Below, piece after piece: positions 10,821 to 24,600 of a stretch of DNA of 64,000 bases. Positions within the stretch are counted from its first letter, which is position 1. Each line of letters starts with the position of its first letter. The translations under genes and the position numbers were made by a program. Origin of the DNA: Haliotis rufescens (taxonomy: Eukaryota); NCBI RefSeq assembly GCF_023055435.1, contig NW_025964001.1, positions 41,416,001 to 41,480,000 of the forward strand, given 5' to 3'. The notes below the pieces were generated by a model that was given only the letters and a program-made list of their open reading frames with translations, was not told where the DNA came from and did no database searches.

Positions 10821-13800
10821 TAGTCCAATGGGTCCAGAGTGTCACCGGTATCAAGTTAGAGGAATAATGCTCATAGCGATTTATGGCAAGGTATGGACCC
10901 CTAGAGTTGGAAAATGTGTGATAGCAATGCGGCGGTGGCAGCTTTTTGGGTGTTATTACCTTTTTTTCAAAATGGCCGCCAAAATACGAGTTACCACATA
11001 TAAGTGCATGGCCATACAAGTGGCCATATCTAAGGTCATAGAGCAGTTCGGACAGTCATTTTGGTGTCTTTGACTAGGTTCGGCGGGTCAAAGATTGCAT
11101 TTCTGTCTTTACCTAAAACATCGCAGCCTTGATTATATTGAAATCCAAAATGGCAGTCAAACTGGCTGCCACCGCATGCATTAAGTAGCCATGTTTAACT
11201 GTTTAACAACCGATGATGTACATCATTAGGAATAAATCCGGTAATTTATAAAAAAAATCTAAAACTAAATAGCAATACCCCACAAACATGGACCTTGGCT
11301 TCTTGCATAGAAAATGCAACTGCCTTAAAATGGTGGTTTTGTTTTGGGTTGGTATTTTTGTTTGTTTGTTTTTTGTTTTGTTTTGTTTTTTTGGGGGGTC
11401 ACCAGGACAAACTGTTCTGAAAAAAAATCCCAAAGTTTAGATTTACATTGTTATTTGACCAATTTATTTTTAGACAGTTTGACCCCTTCACCTTGAAAAA
11501 CATTTTGGGCCCCAACCCCTAATATAAGGTATTTGGTTTCCTTTACACCAAACTACCATACTTTCCAACTCTAGGAGGATACCTCGCTGTAAATCACTAT
11601 GAGCTTTATTCTCCTCATATGGAACCGAGGGACATTTGGTATGATTTCAATAGCAATATTTATGTAATTTATTTTCTGCATATAGACCAAGACTATAGAT
11701 AAAAAGTAGAAGTAGATTGCAGTTAGAAGTAGAAGTAGATAAGTAGAATCCCCTTCCTTCAAGATGGAAAAGAAACCCCCTGAAGACCAGTGTATCATAC
11801 ACCAAAGAGTGTCTGATGAAGATGAACATTTAGCCAGTCCTAAAAACTACAACTCTTGGCTAACTTTACTTGAAGCAGCTAGAGTGAGAAACCATGCCGC
11901 TATTCTAGACATTGCAAAACAGCTTAAAGGCATTGATTTTCCAAAAATCTTCTATCATCGAAAATGTAGAAGCCTCTTCACCATGAAAAGGGATTTGGAG
12001 ACACTGAAAAGGAAAACAGATGTAAGCATAAGTGATGAGGCTAGTACTAGTGACTGTGCACCAAAAAGGTCATCCAGGAAAAAATCATTAAAATCAAGGG
12101 TTTATGATCCAATCTGCATATTCTGTAGCAAGGTCAAGTATCAAAAGCACTCCAACACACGTGAAAAGCTTACACAAGCTGTACAACTGAGAGCAGACCA
12201 AATACTTCGGGAGCTTGCTATCCGAAGAGGAGATGAAAAGCTACTAGCACTAACCAGTAGAGACATAATTGCTGCCGAGGAACACTATCATGTTTTGTGT
12301 TATAAGAATTATACCAGGGCTAATGAGTACAATGTTGAGAATGAACATGAGAAAGAAACAGATGGATATGAACTGTTTCACAGGATTGAGTGAGACGCTT
12401 AGGCAGAGCTTTTTCAGTACATCAGAACTGATATCATCCCCAACAAGAATATCATTTCAATCACTTCCTTGACCACAGAACTGGAATCATACATGTTGTC
12501 TGGTGGATTCAATAGATATATTTCTAGATGGCAAGGGAAAGTTGTTGATGGTTCCTGACTGTATCATTGAAGGATGTTGTCTTTGAAAATCAAACTCTAC
12601 ATAGGGCGCCCCGAATTTGGAAAGCCAAGTCCACAGATGTCAACAAGATCATAGAACAGACTTCATCATAGATCCGAGTGGCCATCAAACAGGACATGAC
12701 ACCCATTCCCTGGCCATACCATCCATCTGATGTGAATGATATCACCATACCAAATCAACTAGAGCGGTTTCTTGTCTGGCTTCTGACTGGAGATCCTGAC
12801 ACCAAGATTCAATCACAAAGGGTTACCACTCTGGTCGAGTCATTTAGCCAGGACATGATATACGCTGTGACACGTGGACAACATAAACCACCAAAACATA
12901 TTCTTCTTCCCTATACGGTAAAGGCACTTACTGGAAACATTGAGATCATCTGGACACTGAACAAGTTTGGCCATGGAGTGTCCTACTACCAGATGGAAGA
13001 AAATGATACTGCCCTGTGTCTCCAAAAGTAAGCTATAGGCCTCAACCAGAGAGTTGTACTTCCAGCCTCCATCAAACCTCATGTGTTTACCAATCATGCA
13101 TGGGACAATATAGATAGACTTGAGGAGACTCTCACTGGAAAGGGTACATCACATCGAGTCAATGGCATAGCGGTCCAGCCTACGGTCTATTGACCACACC
13201 TCTCCAGGGCTGAACTTCCAATCATTGATAAACTAAAGCAGAGATCAGTCAACATTGAGCACGCAGAGCTTGAAGCCTATGTAGCCCACAGCCTTTACCA
13301 ACCAGAGAGAACCATGTCCGGGAAGCCAAGGAAGCTGCTCAAATTGCCTGCAACAAAAATCTGGTGTGGATCCTTGCAAGGAAAACAAGTCCAGACTTCC
13401 AGGAACACCTCCGTCACAACAATGGAGAGCTATCAGGATACTGGATGTCCTATATAGACATGGTAGAGGATATAGTATTTGGCCTTCTGCATCCTTCACG
13501 AGAGGGAAACTGGGATTTGCACCTCAATGCCATACGAACGATGATCCCATGGTGCTTTGCCTACAATAAGGTCAACTATGCCAGGTACCTGTCTGCATCC
13601 TTTGCTCAGATGACAAATCTCCTCGAGAATAATCCTGATGTATATAGAGCCTTCAAGGCAGGCCAATTCTCGGTGCCACTTTCCAGCAACAACCCCTTTG
13701 GGCATATCCCTGTGGATCAGACTACTGAGGTTACGGTAAACAAGGAGTGAGTGTTTAACAAATGGACTCAAGTGCACTGATATGTGCAGACTTGGTGATT

Positions 13801-14510
13801 GCAGTAGTGGACATCAGATGATGAGGACAGCACAGGCGAGGATGCAGATAGGGATGACGAGGAGCTGGAAAATGACTATGATTATTAGATTCGTCCTGAA
13901 CTATGTGCATATAATCAGAGTTTAAATTTTTAACTGCAGCCATTTTGGTGGCCATCTTGATTCAAATATAGAGGAATGATTTCTCATTTTAGGTAAAGAC
14001 AAACAAAATTATCTTTGACATCTTGACATTTTGACAGCCATCTTCGATTTCAATATAAAGCAAGGCTGCGATGTTTTAGGTAAAGACAGAAATGCAATCT
14101 TTGATCCCTCAAACCTAATCATAGGCACCAAAATGACCGTCTTAACTGCTCTATGACCTTAGATATGGCCACTTGTATGTGGTAATAAACATTTTGGCGG
14201 CCATTTTGGTTTTCATATAAAAACATGCTCTGATGTTTTTGGTAAAGGTAGAAATGAAATCTTTGACCCCTCAAACCTAGTCATAGACACCAGAATGACC
14301 GTCCTAACTGCTCTATGAACTTAGATATGGCCACTTATATGTGGTAACTCGTATTTTGGCGGCCATTTTGAAAAAAGGTGATAACACCCAAAAAGCTGCC
14401 ACCGCTGCAATGCTATCACACATTTTCCAACTCTAGGGGTCCATACCTTGCCAAAAATCGTTATGAGCATTATTCCCCTAAATTGATACCGATGGCCAAA
14501 ATTTTGAACC
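10821..14510 (+). mobile_element. Academ-like DNA transposon, internally deleted, inserted in DIRS-C gag
   Basis: Begins TAGTCC. Long TIRs (~10840-11160 vs ~14030-14495) with sub-repeats; the outermost ~20 bp of the right TIR are degraded or lost. Superfamily assignment is from recalled motifs, not a search. Confidence 0.75.
11764..13890 (+). pseudogene. Academ-type transposase remnant
   Basis: YHRKCRSLFT, CIFC, DIIAAEEHYHVLCY, AWDNIDRLEETLTGKGTSH, REGNWDLHL...NYARY, IPVDQTTEVTVNK, then C-terminal Cys cluster CLTNGLKCTDMC and an acidic tail. Several large deletions. Confidence 0.78.
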
Positions 14511-14739
14511 GAGGCTGATGGCGTATTACGTGACCTTATTTCGTCTCAGCCTAATCCCTTTCGAGGGCGCGGATGAGGTCGAAGAGGTCAACGGGGCTTG
14601 AAGCCCTCCTCGGCTCGATCGGTCACCTTTACCGGACCCAAGGGCGCTGGCGAACCTTCCCAAGAGGGAGGGTCAGCAGGAACTTGACTCCTTTGCACAT
14701 CGACACGACTGGGAACTTCCGCCCCCAGCTGTTCCTGTT

Positions 14740-17240
14740 ATAGCAACGCCTGTAGGCGGAAGACTCCAGATTTTTGCAGACAATTAGACCATGCTTGCAG
14801 ACCCCTTTGTGACACAGCTGCTTCAACAAGGGTATCGATTACCGATGATCTCACCACCACCTACAACACTCCATCCCCATCAGAAAACGTATCCGTCCAG
14901 GCAACAATGATCGAAACAGTGGGTACGTTACTAGCAATAAACGCCATCTGATGTCTCGGCACACTTCCCGCGACCCCCAGGTTTTTTATTCCCCCATTTT
15001 TCTTGTCCCCAAAAAGGACAGTTTAAAACTACGGCTCATTTTCAACATGAAGACTTTCAACGCTATGTACCTTGAAACCCCACCACATCCCATGACGTCG
15101 ATCGCGCTCCTTCGTACGCTCATTCATCCCGGCTATTATATGATCAGTCTCGATCTCCAAGACGCTTATCTGCACATTCCCATCCATCGGGAGCACCGTC
15201 ACTTCCTCTGGTTCGTTTTTCAAGACCACCAGTACCAATGGAAGGTGCTCCCGTTCGGAATTTCTTCGGCCCCACGGGATCGTGTTCGATTCTTATCTAG
15301 ACCACTGCATTCACGTTCATGCAGATGCCGTTTTCCTCCATCTACAACTCGCCTTCACAGTGCGTCTTCTCAGACAACTCGGCTGGCTAATCAACGAACA
15401 AAAGTGGGAACTCATTCCCACTCGACTCCAAGCCCTGTTTGACACTCGGCAAGGTCGGATGTTCATTCCCCACGACCGATGGGTGAAGATTCAACGCCTC
15501 GTACCGTCAGCACTCAAACAGCCGCTTCAACTGCGTCAATGGCAACTCCTGGGCCTCCTAACATCGGCGCAGGCCCTCACTGTATGGGGTAGATTTCATT
15601 TGCTACCTCTCCAATGTTTTCTCGCGCCCTTTATCAGGATCAACGATTGTCACACGCCGATTTCTCTACCGCTCAATCTCCACCCTCATCTTCAATGGCG
15701 GCTGGTCACGTAAAACGTTTGCGACAGGGTCTCCTTGACGCGATTCGTCCCGTCCCTCCATCTGTTTGTTGACGCTTCAATTGTCGGTTGGGGAGCACAT
15801 TTTCAAGATCGGCAAGTAGCAGGGCGGTGGTCCGACGTAGAACGTTGTCTTCACATCAACAATCTTGAGTTCAAGGCAACATCCCTCATGATCCAGTCCG
15901 ACAACATGGCGGTTGTATGGTCCATCAACAGGATGGGATCCACGAAGTCGACGTCCCTACTCTCACTTGCTCTCGAGTTCTTTCGTCTCATCGACTCCCT
16001 CAACATACATGTCCGCGCTCGGCACATTCCGGGGATATCCAACGTCATAGCAGACTCCCTGTCCCGACCGGACAGACCATCACCAACCGAGTGGTCTCTT
16101 CATCCACAATCGTACCAATGGATATGTCAACTTTATCGGGCCCCGGAAGTAGACCTCTTTGCCACCCGTTTCAACGCTCAACTATCCTGATTCGTATCTC
16201 CCATTCCCGACCCTAGGGCTTTGGAGCACGACGCGTTGGCGATCTCGTGGAAAGGTCTCAATGCCTTGCCCCCGATGGGGCTCCTTCCCTGGGCCCTACA
16301 GAAGGTAGCAGCCACCGATCACCTGTCTCTGATTTTTGTCCCGCCCTATTGGCCAACCCGCAACTGGTTCCCCACGTTGCTAAGGCTCGCCAACGAAAGA
16401 TTGTCAACCTACCTCGCGGCAATTAACTCCATCATTGCCACCACTTCCGGTGCAAAGGTTTCCACGGTTACAGAACTACAATCGCTCATCCGTTTCTACA
16501 AATTAGCCGACCAAGCTGCTCGTTTTCGGCCTCCTTCGTAGCACCTAAACGTTATTCTTCAACAACTGGTTTCCGGTGATTACGAATCACCGACGGAGAA
16601 GGATTTTGACACAGTTATGCTGAAGGCCGTTTTTTTGTTGGCTTTGGCCACTGCCGCACAGGTTAGTGAAATTCATGCTTTGGATGTCACTAGGGTCCAG
16701 TTTGACATATCCGGACGTGGCAAAGCGTTCCTGGGGCTTGGTTGGGATTTTGTGGCAAAGAACCAACTTCCCGGACAACCGGATCGGCTATTATGATTCC
16801 CCCGCTCTCGGCTTTTTGGGGATCAAACGACCATGAAGACCTCTCTCTGTGCCCTGTTCGGGCGCTTCGAATGTATCTCTATGCGTCGCGCCTCCACAGA
16901 AGTTCCCGGAAGAGAGACTTTTCGTCCGATTGTCAACCGCGTCTACATCGGAAATTTCTCGAACGACACTATCCTTCTGGTTCCGCTCCATCATTCTGTG
17001 AGCGTATACTTTCGCCAGGCTGCCTCCACTTACAACGTCCAATCCTAACGAGACTTGTGCGGTTGCTTCCACCATGGCCCTCTATAGTAACTGCACCCTT
17101 TCAACCATCATGGAAGGGTGCTTTTGGAAGTCGGATACTGTGTTTGCTTCCCACTACCTGCAAGAAATTTCAGTCACAGACGTACAAGGGCTCCACAAGG
17201 TTGGTCAGTTGGTATCGGCTCAAATTTACGAAGTGACCAA
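14740..17240 (+). pseudogene. pol and YR remnants of DIRS-C
   Basis: RT 14951-15442, RH 15735-16190, MT to ~16390, YR (ATAAQVSEIHAL, LCPVRAL, CFWKSDTVFASHYL). Many frameshifts and deletions. Confidence 0.88.
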
Positions 17241-17429
17241 TCGGTGCAGTCAATCGTGTACATTCAGTCACAATCGTACAAGGGCTCAACAAGTTCGGTT
17301 CGTTGGTGTTGGCACAACAACTGTCTCACCCTAGTTCACGCAGAACATAAACAGTTATACTGCGTAATCCTTGCGGGTTACAATTGTATATACAGAATAA
17401 ATCAATAAACATTTACATGTTTTTTGATT

Positions 17430-18140
17430 GTTCGGGTTTCCCAGATTGAGCCCCTTTTGGAGGGTGGATTAGCTCATCTGTAGAGACTTTTTAGTCTTAA
17501 TTTATGAAGTCACCATTCGGTGCGGCCGATCAAAACAAAACAAAACAAACACAACAACAAAAAAGATCGGTGTCCCGAACCTTTATTCCACTCACGTGTG
17601 CTTAAGGTATCTGTGATGTAGGGTTTTGGTACGAAGGTCCATTGCTATTGAATATTGTCGATCGTTCCTCTTCTCGTTTTTGGTTCGCTTCATACACTCG
17701 GACGTGTTTGATAACCATGACAAAGCGTTAAAAGAGTTACCAAACCTAACTCACTCTATGGTCCCTGGGAGATAGTTGCTGTGTTTTGTTTGAAGAATTG
17801 ATGCCCTTCCAGGATCGATTTCAAGTCGTCTGCCATTTCGCTTATGGATTTATAGCTACGAGGTCATTCTATATGTACAATGACATACGGGAAAAAACAT
17901 TTGGCATGTACACCCGATCTCATGCTGTTTCGTTTAAGTAACCTATCGGGATCATTAACACCGATTGATCGTGTGTATTTTTTCCCGCTCACGAGTTCAT
18001 GTCTTTAGACGCTAGACAGTTTTTCAAAATTCTGAAACAAATTCAAAATTAAACTGTCTTGAACCAGCTTCCACATGCATATCTCACAGTTGTAGTCTAT
18101 ACAGGCTAGGGTATCTGCGGCCCACCATCAAACTGTGGGA
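17430..18140 (+). ncRNA. Putative conserved structured cis-RNA in the DIRS-C 3' non-coding region
   Basis: Multiple stems with compensatory changes relative to the homologous region of DIRS-F (49666-50446); see findings. Confidence 0.6.
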
Positions 18141-18666
18141 TAAAATGCAAAGTGTGAGATAGCATAAGTTTAAAAATTGGGAAATTTTAGTATAAATTGT
18201 ACATTTATATACTTATCCTATCTCACACGTGATAGGCCCACCCGACCATCCCCGCATCTCATTTACTCTAGCCTAATAAGCTCTGCGAAAGAGAATGAAT
18301 TGGTAGAGGCGCACACGAGGTCAGTTCAAGCAGGCACAGCGTGCACGAGAGGCACGTAATTGACCTAGCTTTTGGACATAACCATGGAGATGCAGGGGGG
18401 CTTGGGCGGCTATTTTTAGTTTTAGAAGCTGGAAACATGATTCAAGCACGTTCCAACATAGGATCAAAGAAAAAGGAAGAAATGCAAAGTGTGAGATAGG
18501 ATAAGTATATAAATATACAATTTACTAAAATTTCCAATTCCATTAAATATACACAAACACTTATTGATTGTGATAACACTCCAACATTAACCCATACCTT
18601 TGATTTAACACCATCATCGTTTGTACCATTTATTTGACTATGATATTTTACCGTTCAACCCTTTAG

Positions 18667-21600
18667 TTGACACACCACCCCTGATACCATGGAACAGGAT
18701 AGTTGTGCACGGCCAGGGAAATGAAACAGCCGAGGCTCCAGTCGACCCTAACAACTCTGAGGGTCAGGAGGACTCATGGACAAACCTGAAGAACATTCAC
18801 AACATTAACTATGATTTTCACACCAACTTTATCCCTTCTGGACTACTGCCAACCAGACATAAGTTTATAGATGGCTACAGTGTTGGAATTGTGCAAGGCA
18901 AACTTGCATTAAACCTTTTCAAAGGTATATAATAAACTGTGATATAAAGTTCAAGAACAACTTCCGATTTTCAGCAGAAACGTCAATGCTTCAAAATTTA
19001 TTTTATAATTCATATTATGTCTTGACAATAAACGTTAAACCAAATTTCCCCGTTGACATTAAATCGTCATCGCGAAAGATTATTCAATATGGATTATCTA
19101 CCGAAAGAGGAAAAAAAGCAGTGGAAATTATATGAGTGGATCACTGAAAATCAGTGATGACACCAGGTGTTTGCGAAAAATTGTTTCTTTATTCGTCACT
19201 GTCAAGTGTTGCTACCTGTTATGGAGAAAGGTAAGATAGCCTCATCACAAATCATAATCATGTAACCTTACCATATGTAACATTTATTGTTTGTCATGTT
19301 AGCTATGTGCTATGTGGAGGCATGCAACCGATGAGACTTGATGGGTAGCTACTTAGAAATGCTTTTTATTATTACAGATATCACAGAGATGACCAGTTTC
19401 TCAACGTCCATCAACTGTGAGAACGTTTCTGAGCTAGCCCCCCATAAAGGTCTCTTCAAATGCAATGGAGATGTCAAAATCATTAATGTCTTCAAGTCAT
19501 CAGAGCTAACAACAGGGGATGTGTAAGACAAACTTGCCTATTACGAATAAATCGCTTAGAATGCCCATGTATTTAGATTTGCTTATAGATGGACAGACAG
19601 ACAGACAGACAGACAGACAGATAGTTGTTCTTTATTTCACATTTGCTGTGTGATTGATTATTTGTTATATGTCAGTTGTTCTTACATTTCTCATCCCAAG
19701 AAAATTGACTTTGAAAATCACTGTATTAAATGATTGTGATTTATTGCAGGCTGCAATTTCAATTTGAGGCCTCAAATGGTGGGTTTGTGAAAGTAAAGGA
19801 CATGGAAAAAAACACTGTGCAGACACACTTCTACGCTGGCCAGACAAAGACAGCAACAGTGAGAATAGGTATCGACTACATAAATCCATATCACTGCATT
19901 GCAACACGGGAATGTTCTGCTGATATGTTCATTGCTGCCAAGACAAGTAAGCAGGTGAGAATATAGTTCAAACAGGTGGTATATCCCATTCCACACTTTT
20001 GAATACAATATCGCGGCATTTTGAATATTTACATGCTGTACAGCTGTTTTTAGCATAGACACCATTTGCAATTGAAAACACAAAGTTAGAAACGTACTAT
20101 ACCCTAGTACATTCGTTGCTGAGACACAATGCATATTGTAGTTTGAACTTAATGTCAGGGCTATGTGTACTTGGCACTGGGGGTATGATTTTAACTGTAT
20201 AAATGTGTTTTCTTGATGTTTTACAGCCATCATTTAGTGTTTACTGGAATGGATGGAGAGACGACACATCTGGCATACGACGGTTCGAATTACAAGTATT
20301 TGAAATGGAGTTTATTGTCAGTGAAGATGGAATTCGCAAGAAAACTATAAAACAAATGCAAATGTTTAATTCCTCTCAGGTAAGATGCATGTTAAAAATT
20401 ATTCAAGCAGTTTCTTTTATATTTAAAGAGCCTTAACCAACATCTGGACAACATAGAAGTTAGTAGTAAGTTGGCATAGTTTAAAAAAATCTTTATATGA
20501 TTAAACATGACTTATGTGACTTCTGGTGTCAGAACACAGGCAGGATACATCTCAAAGAAAAGGGGATATTCTCAATAGAAATTACAGCTATTGACAAAGC
20601 TGGAAACTTCAAAAGTGGCAGAAGAATCATCATCTATGATGGAGAATCCAAGGTAGAGACGACTCCCAACACTGTCTTACGTGTGACGTCAGCTGCTGAG
20701 ATATCTTCATGGGACTGGCAGTGGACATCAGACTCAGTTAACATCGACTGGAACAACCGCTACATCAACACGCTACACTACCAAAACAGATGGCTGGAAA
20801 GGGTATTGCCAGTTTCTAATGTTGACGAGGAGTATGATGACCAAGGGTACAGCAGAGGTGTGGATAAAATCCCCAGTTTACAAGGTGATATTTTCGAGAC
20901 ATTGTCTCAATTACGTCTCTTTTCGAGAATATCCATGCCCGTTGCATTGTAGAATTGACATGTTCCAGGCAACGTACACATGTAAACAATGAATGGATAT
21001 AGCTTTCAGTTAATGATTTATACATTCAAACTACTTAACGTTGCCTTGGCTGCGTTATTGTTGATGTATTTGATATATTTGAAATGGCCACGTTAACAAT
21101 TAATCTTTATCGAAGGTTTTTAATGTTAAATCAGCAATCTGGTTTCAAATTCAAGGAGCAAAGCTGATAATGTTAATTTTAACACTTATCTGTTACAGGA
21201 ATTGTTGCCATAAAAACTGCTTACAAAGTTGATCACAAGGGAGGTACTTCAATAGAAACAGTTCCAGATGACCCAGACTTCAGCAGCCTCTACCTGAACC
21301 AGTCCCATACAATCTCACCCACTCTGGTTGACGGGGACACTTTCCGCTACTGGATCCGAGCTTATGACGTTCGGGGGGAGTATCTGGAGGAGACGGTAAC
21401 GGTCCACATTGACACATCGCCTCCTATCATTGAGAACCTGTGGCTGACCCGAGGCGACAGGCTGAATGTCAGTGTACACAAGATAGATGAATTTAATCAA
21501 ATGGTGTAAGTAATTTTCACAGTGAAAAGTGGGATGCATGGATAGGTTCAGTGGGAACAGGATATCAGAAATCACTCAGCTGATCCTTGGGCCTATTCCT

Positions 21601-24600
21601 GAAAGGTTCTGTCTTGAATTACTTGCACTGATGTGTTTGTTGTGCCAGGAAATTGAAATTATATTAAGAAATATGTTTCTTGTTCATTGAAACTAATGTT
21701 ATCATTTCATTTCATACCTATTTTGTAAGTTAATTTTGTCAATTTGTGAGTTTACCTCAAATATGATAATCACTGTTATCCATAACACCATTCAACGAAT
21801 TATGTATTCCTCTGTTTAACTTGCAGTATCGAATGGGTGAGTTATGATGATCACAGTGGTTTGGAGACAGTTACCTGGCGACTATTTGATAACTACACAG
21901 GGGAAGATTTGGTCCATGGTGTGGAGCGCATTTCTGCGCAGGGTGAGGCACAGGTAAATAGTTGGTTTGCACTCTTTGTTTGCACATTAATTGATTGATA
22001 TGATAAATGTGAAATGTTAACAGCACCAAAATATAATGTCCAACAAATTATATACAGGACTTGGTGGAATGTGAAACTAAATACCAAACTGCAGCCAGAG
22101 GTCCTAATTGTTACTGCACTCCTGGGGTTGGATGCTACCACAGGCACTTCCAGGTCAAGCCCAAGATTGTATCAGCCAACCTGACACATGGAGGGATCTT
22201 TCATGACAAGAACAAGGGGGTTCATGACTCGGATTACTATCTTGAAGTCATGGTGATGAATCGTGCAAAACTCAGAACAACCCTAGATTTTAAGGTTTGT
22301 AAAACATTCTGAGATTAAACAAGTATGTTTGTTAACACATGGAAGTGACAATTGCACGCATTTTGGTAAGTTGTGTTATGCTATTCAACTGTTATATTTG
22401 ACTAGGTGACCATTGACTCCAGTCCACCTCACCCTGGTTCTGTTCAAGATGGGCAAAGGGGCCATCCCGAAATTGACTACCAAGACAGTATGCAGCTCCA
22501 TGCCCACTGGGAGGGATTCTTTGATAGGGAAAGTGGCGTCACGTTTTACCAGTATGGATATGCTGGTCATTGTCTTGAGATAAGGAATTTTGGACTTGAT
22601 TTGCCATCACCCAATGTAAGTATGGAATTAATTGTTTGTCCCATGCAAAATAGGAGTACATTTGTGATAGCCATGAAATATAACTAAGTAATTACTATTA
22701 TTTTCATGAAATCGTTACTATGCGTCTTCTGGTTGCTGGCTATTGTGTAAAATCTGACTGTTCACTGATTACACACAGGTGACCGAAACATCCTCCACTC
22801 ACGTCTCCTGGACGGCCCCTTCTGAAGGCAGGTTCTATATCACAGTCGTAGCCTTCAACCGCGCCCTGGAGCCATCTCTTCCTGTTTGCTCTGATGGAGT
22901 TACTGTGGACCAGACAGAACCGTCACTGAGACAGATTGCTGTCCTTAACTCCCACACTACTGAAGGTCTGGTGACGAATGGTGAGGAAGTGTGGCTCGTC
23001 ACTGCAGACAGGAGGAGGAGTCAGATTGAAGAACCAGATACTCATTGCAGGTATAGTATTACCACACTTGAAACCCAAAACACAGTGATCGAAGAAAATA
23101 CTTGTCAGGAAATGTATGAATAATATACTAGCTTATGAATATGTTAGTACTCACAAACAAATGCTTCTGTACTCGTGTATCTTGACAGTCTATATTTGCA
23201 GAATGCGATCAGCAGTAACAAGCAATCAAAGCTTGTCTCTCCTACCCCTTCACAAACACCTCAATGGTTCAACTGTGATCCACCAAGCTTCCTCCTGCAG
23301 TCATCATCAACCCTTCCGACTCCGCTCTATCAATCAGTTTTATATGTCCCAGAAACATCACGTGAGTCCTAGTCTGAAATGACAGTTTCATTGTGACATC
23401 AAGTATTTTCAATCATACATTTTATGATAATTACAATCGGTTCTTATCACATTGCAAATGTTCTTTTCCAGCTCTTTGTCAACTGGACTAGCAGTGATGT
23501 TGAGAGTGGTATTTATGACTATGAGCTAGGACTGATGTCTGATCCATCTCGTGAAGCAGCTCCAGATATTCTGCCTTACACATCCACGCACCACCACCCT
23601 CATTATGAAGGCTTCCATCCGCATCTGAGTGAAGGGCAACAGTTCTATATAGCAGTAAAAGCTATCAATAAAGCTGCATTATCTGTCACTGAGGTACGTC
23701 AGACACACGCATACATATGAAATGTCTACAAAATGATGTTACACTAAACAGGAAAGTAGAAAGAACCAAATAATGACATTGTCAAAAAGACACAAATATT
23801 CAAGTATATGTCAGAGAAATATCAACATTGGTTTGCCCATATAAACGAAATGGAGGCTTTGCATGACTTTGCTTGAAGTTTGACGGACAAAAGTTCATTT
23901 AATTTGATATGAAACGGCCGCCAGTCAACACGCTCTGTATTATGGCAGGTCTTGGGGCCTATAACAGTGTACACCCAGGCACCAGCGTTCACACCACCAA
24001 TCACTGTTGGCCTACAACAGAACCATCTTGTCACCACCTGGACATCAGGTTCTTTCCCAGATGCCAAACAAGACTATCTGACCTACACATTTGCTGTTGG
24101 TGCGTATCTGTCGAGTGAGCTATCATAATGATATATCTATGTTTCAGTCTGTTTTCAGTCGTACAAATGGGTATCGCTCATACCCTCACGTCTAGTCGCA
24201 CGTTTAAAAAGAAGCCAGAAGCTGGAATGTAAACATAAAACTTGTTTCCGTCCGGTTGTGCACGCACCTCCCTATGACATGTCACAAATCTCTCAGCGCA
24301 CCTCTGAGCTGGTCGCTTGAGAAAGTCTTTCGTGGTAGACTGCTAGTTTTTATTCTGCTAGTACATATCGCTTGTCTACAATTTTTTTTCTAATAAAGTA
24401 ATAATAATAATAAATATGTCTTACCTGTAGACTCCTGGAATGTAGTCCTTGGTAATCCATTGTTTGTGTTCAACACGTGTTTCACTGTTCGACTTGATTA
24501 TACACGTGGCAACATGTCTGGGGGTGGCGAGTCGGCCACACCGAAGAAATCAGTTGATAAAGACCCGCCTCAGTCAACTTCTATTTTCGACAAGACACGT

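Larger units (their letters stand above)
1..18539 (+). mobile_element. DIRS-type retrotransposon C (outer element of the nest; 5' end lies upstream of the window), degenerate
   Basis: gag pieces at 46-270, 10541-10820 and ~14510-14690. RT (PVGGRLQIF...YSPIFLVPKK...SLDLQDAYLHIPI), RNase H (LFVDASIVGWG), MT (VDLFATRFN) and YR at 14740-17240. ICR 18143-18229 and right ITR/extension ending TTTCCAATT at 18539. Interrupted by element A (267-10540) and an Academ-like element (10821-~14510). Confidence 0.88.

Noticed and set aside
18895-18900. Non-canonical GC donor for the first visible exon
   Set aside because: The frame stays open to a canonical GT at 18925 with the correct phase.
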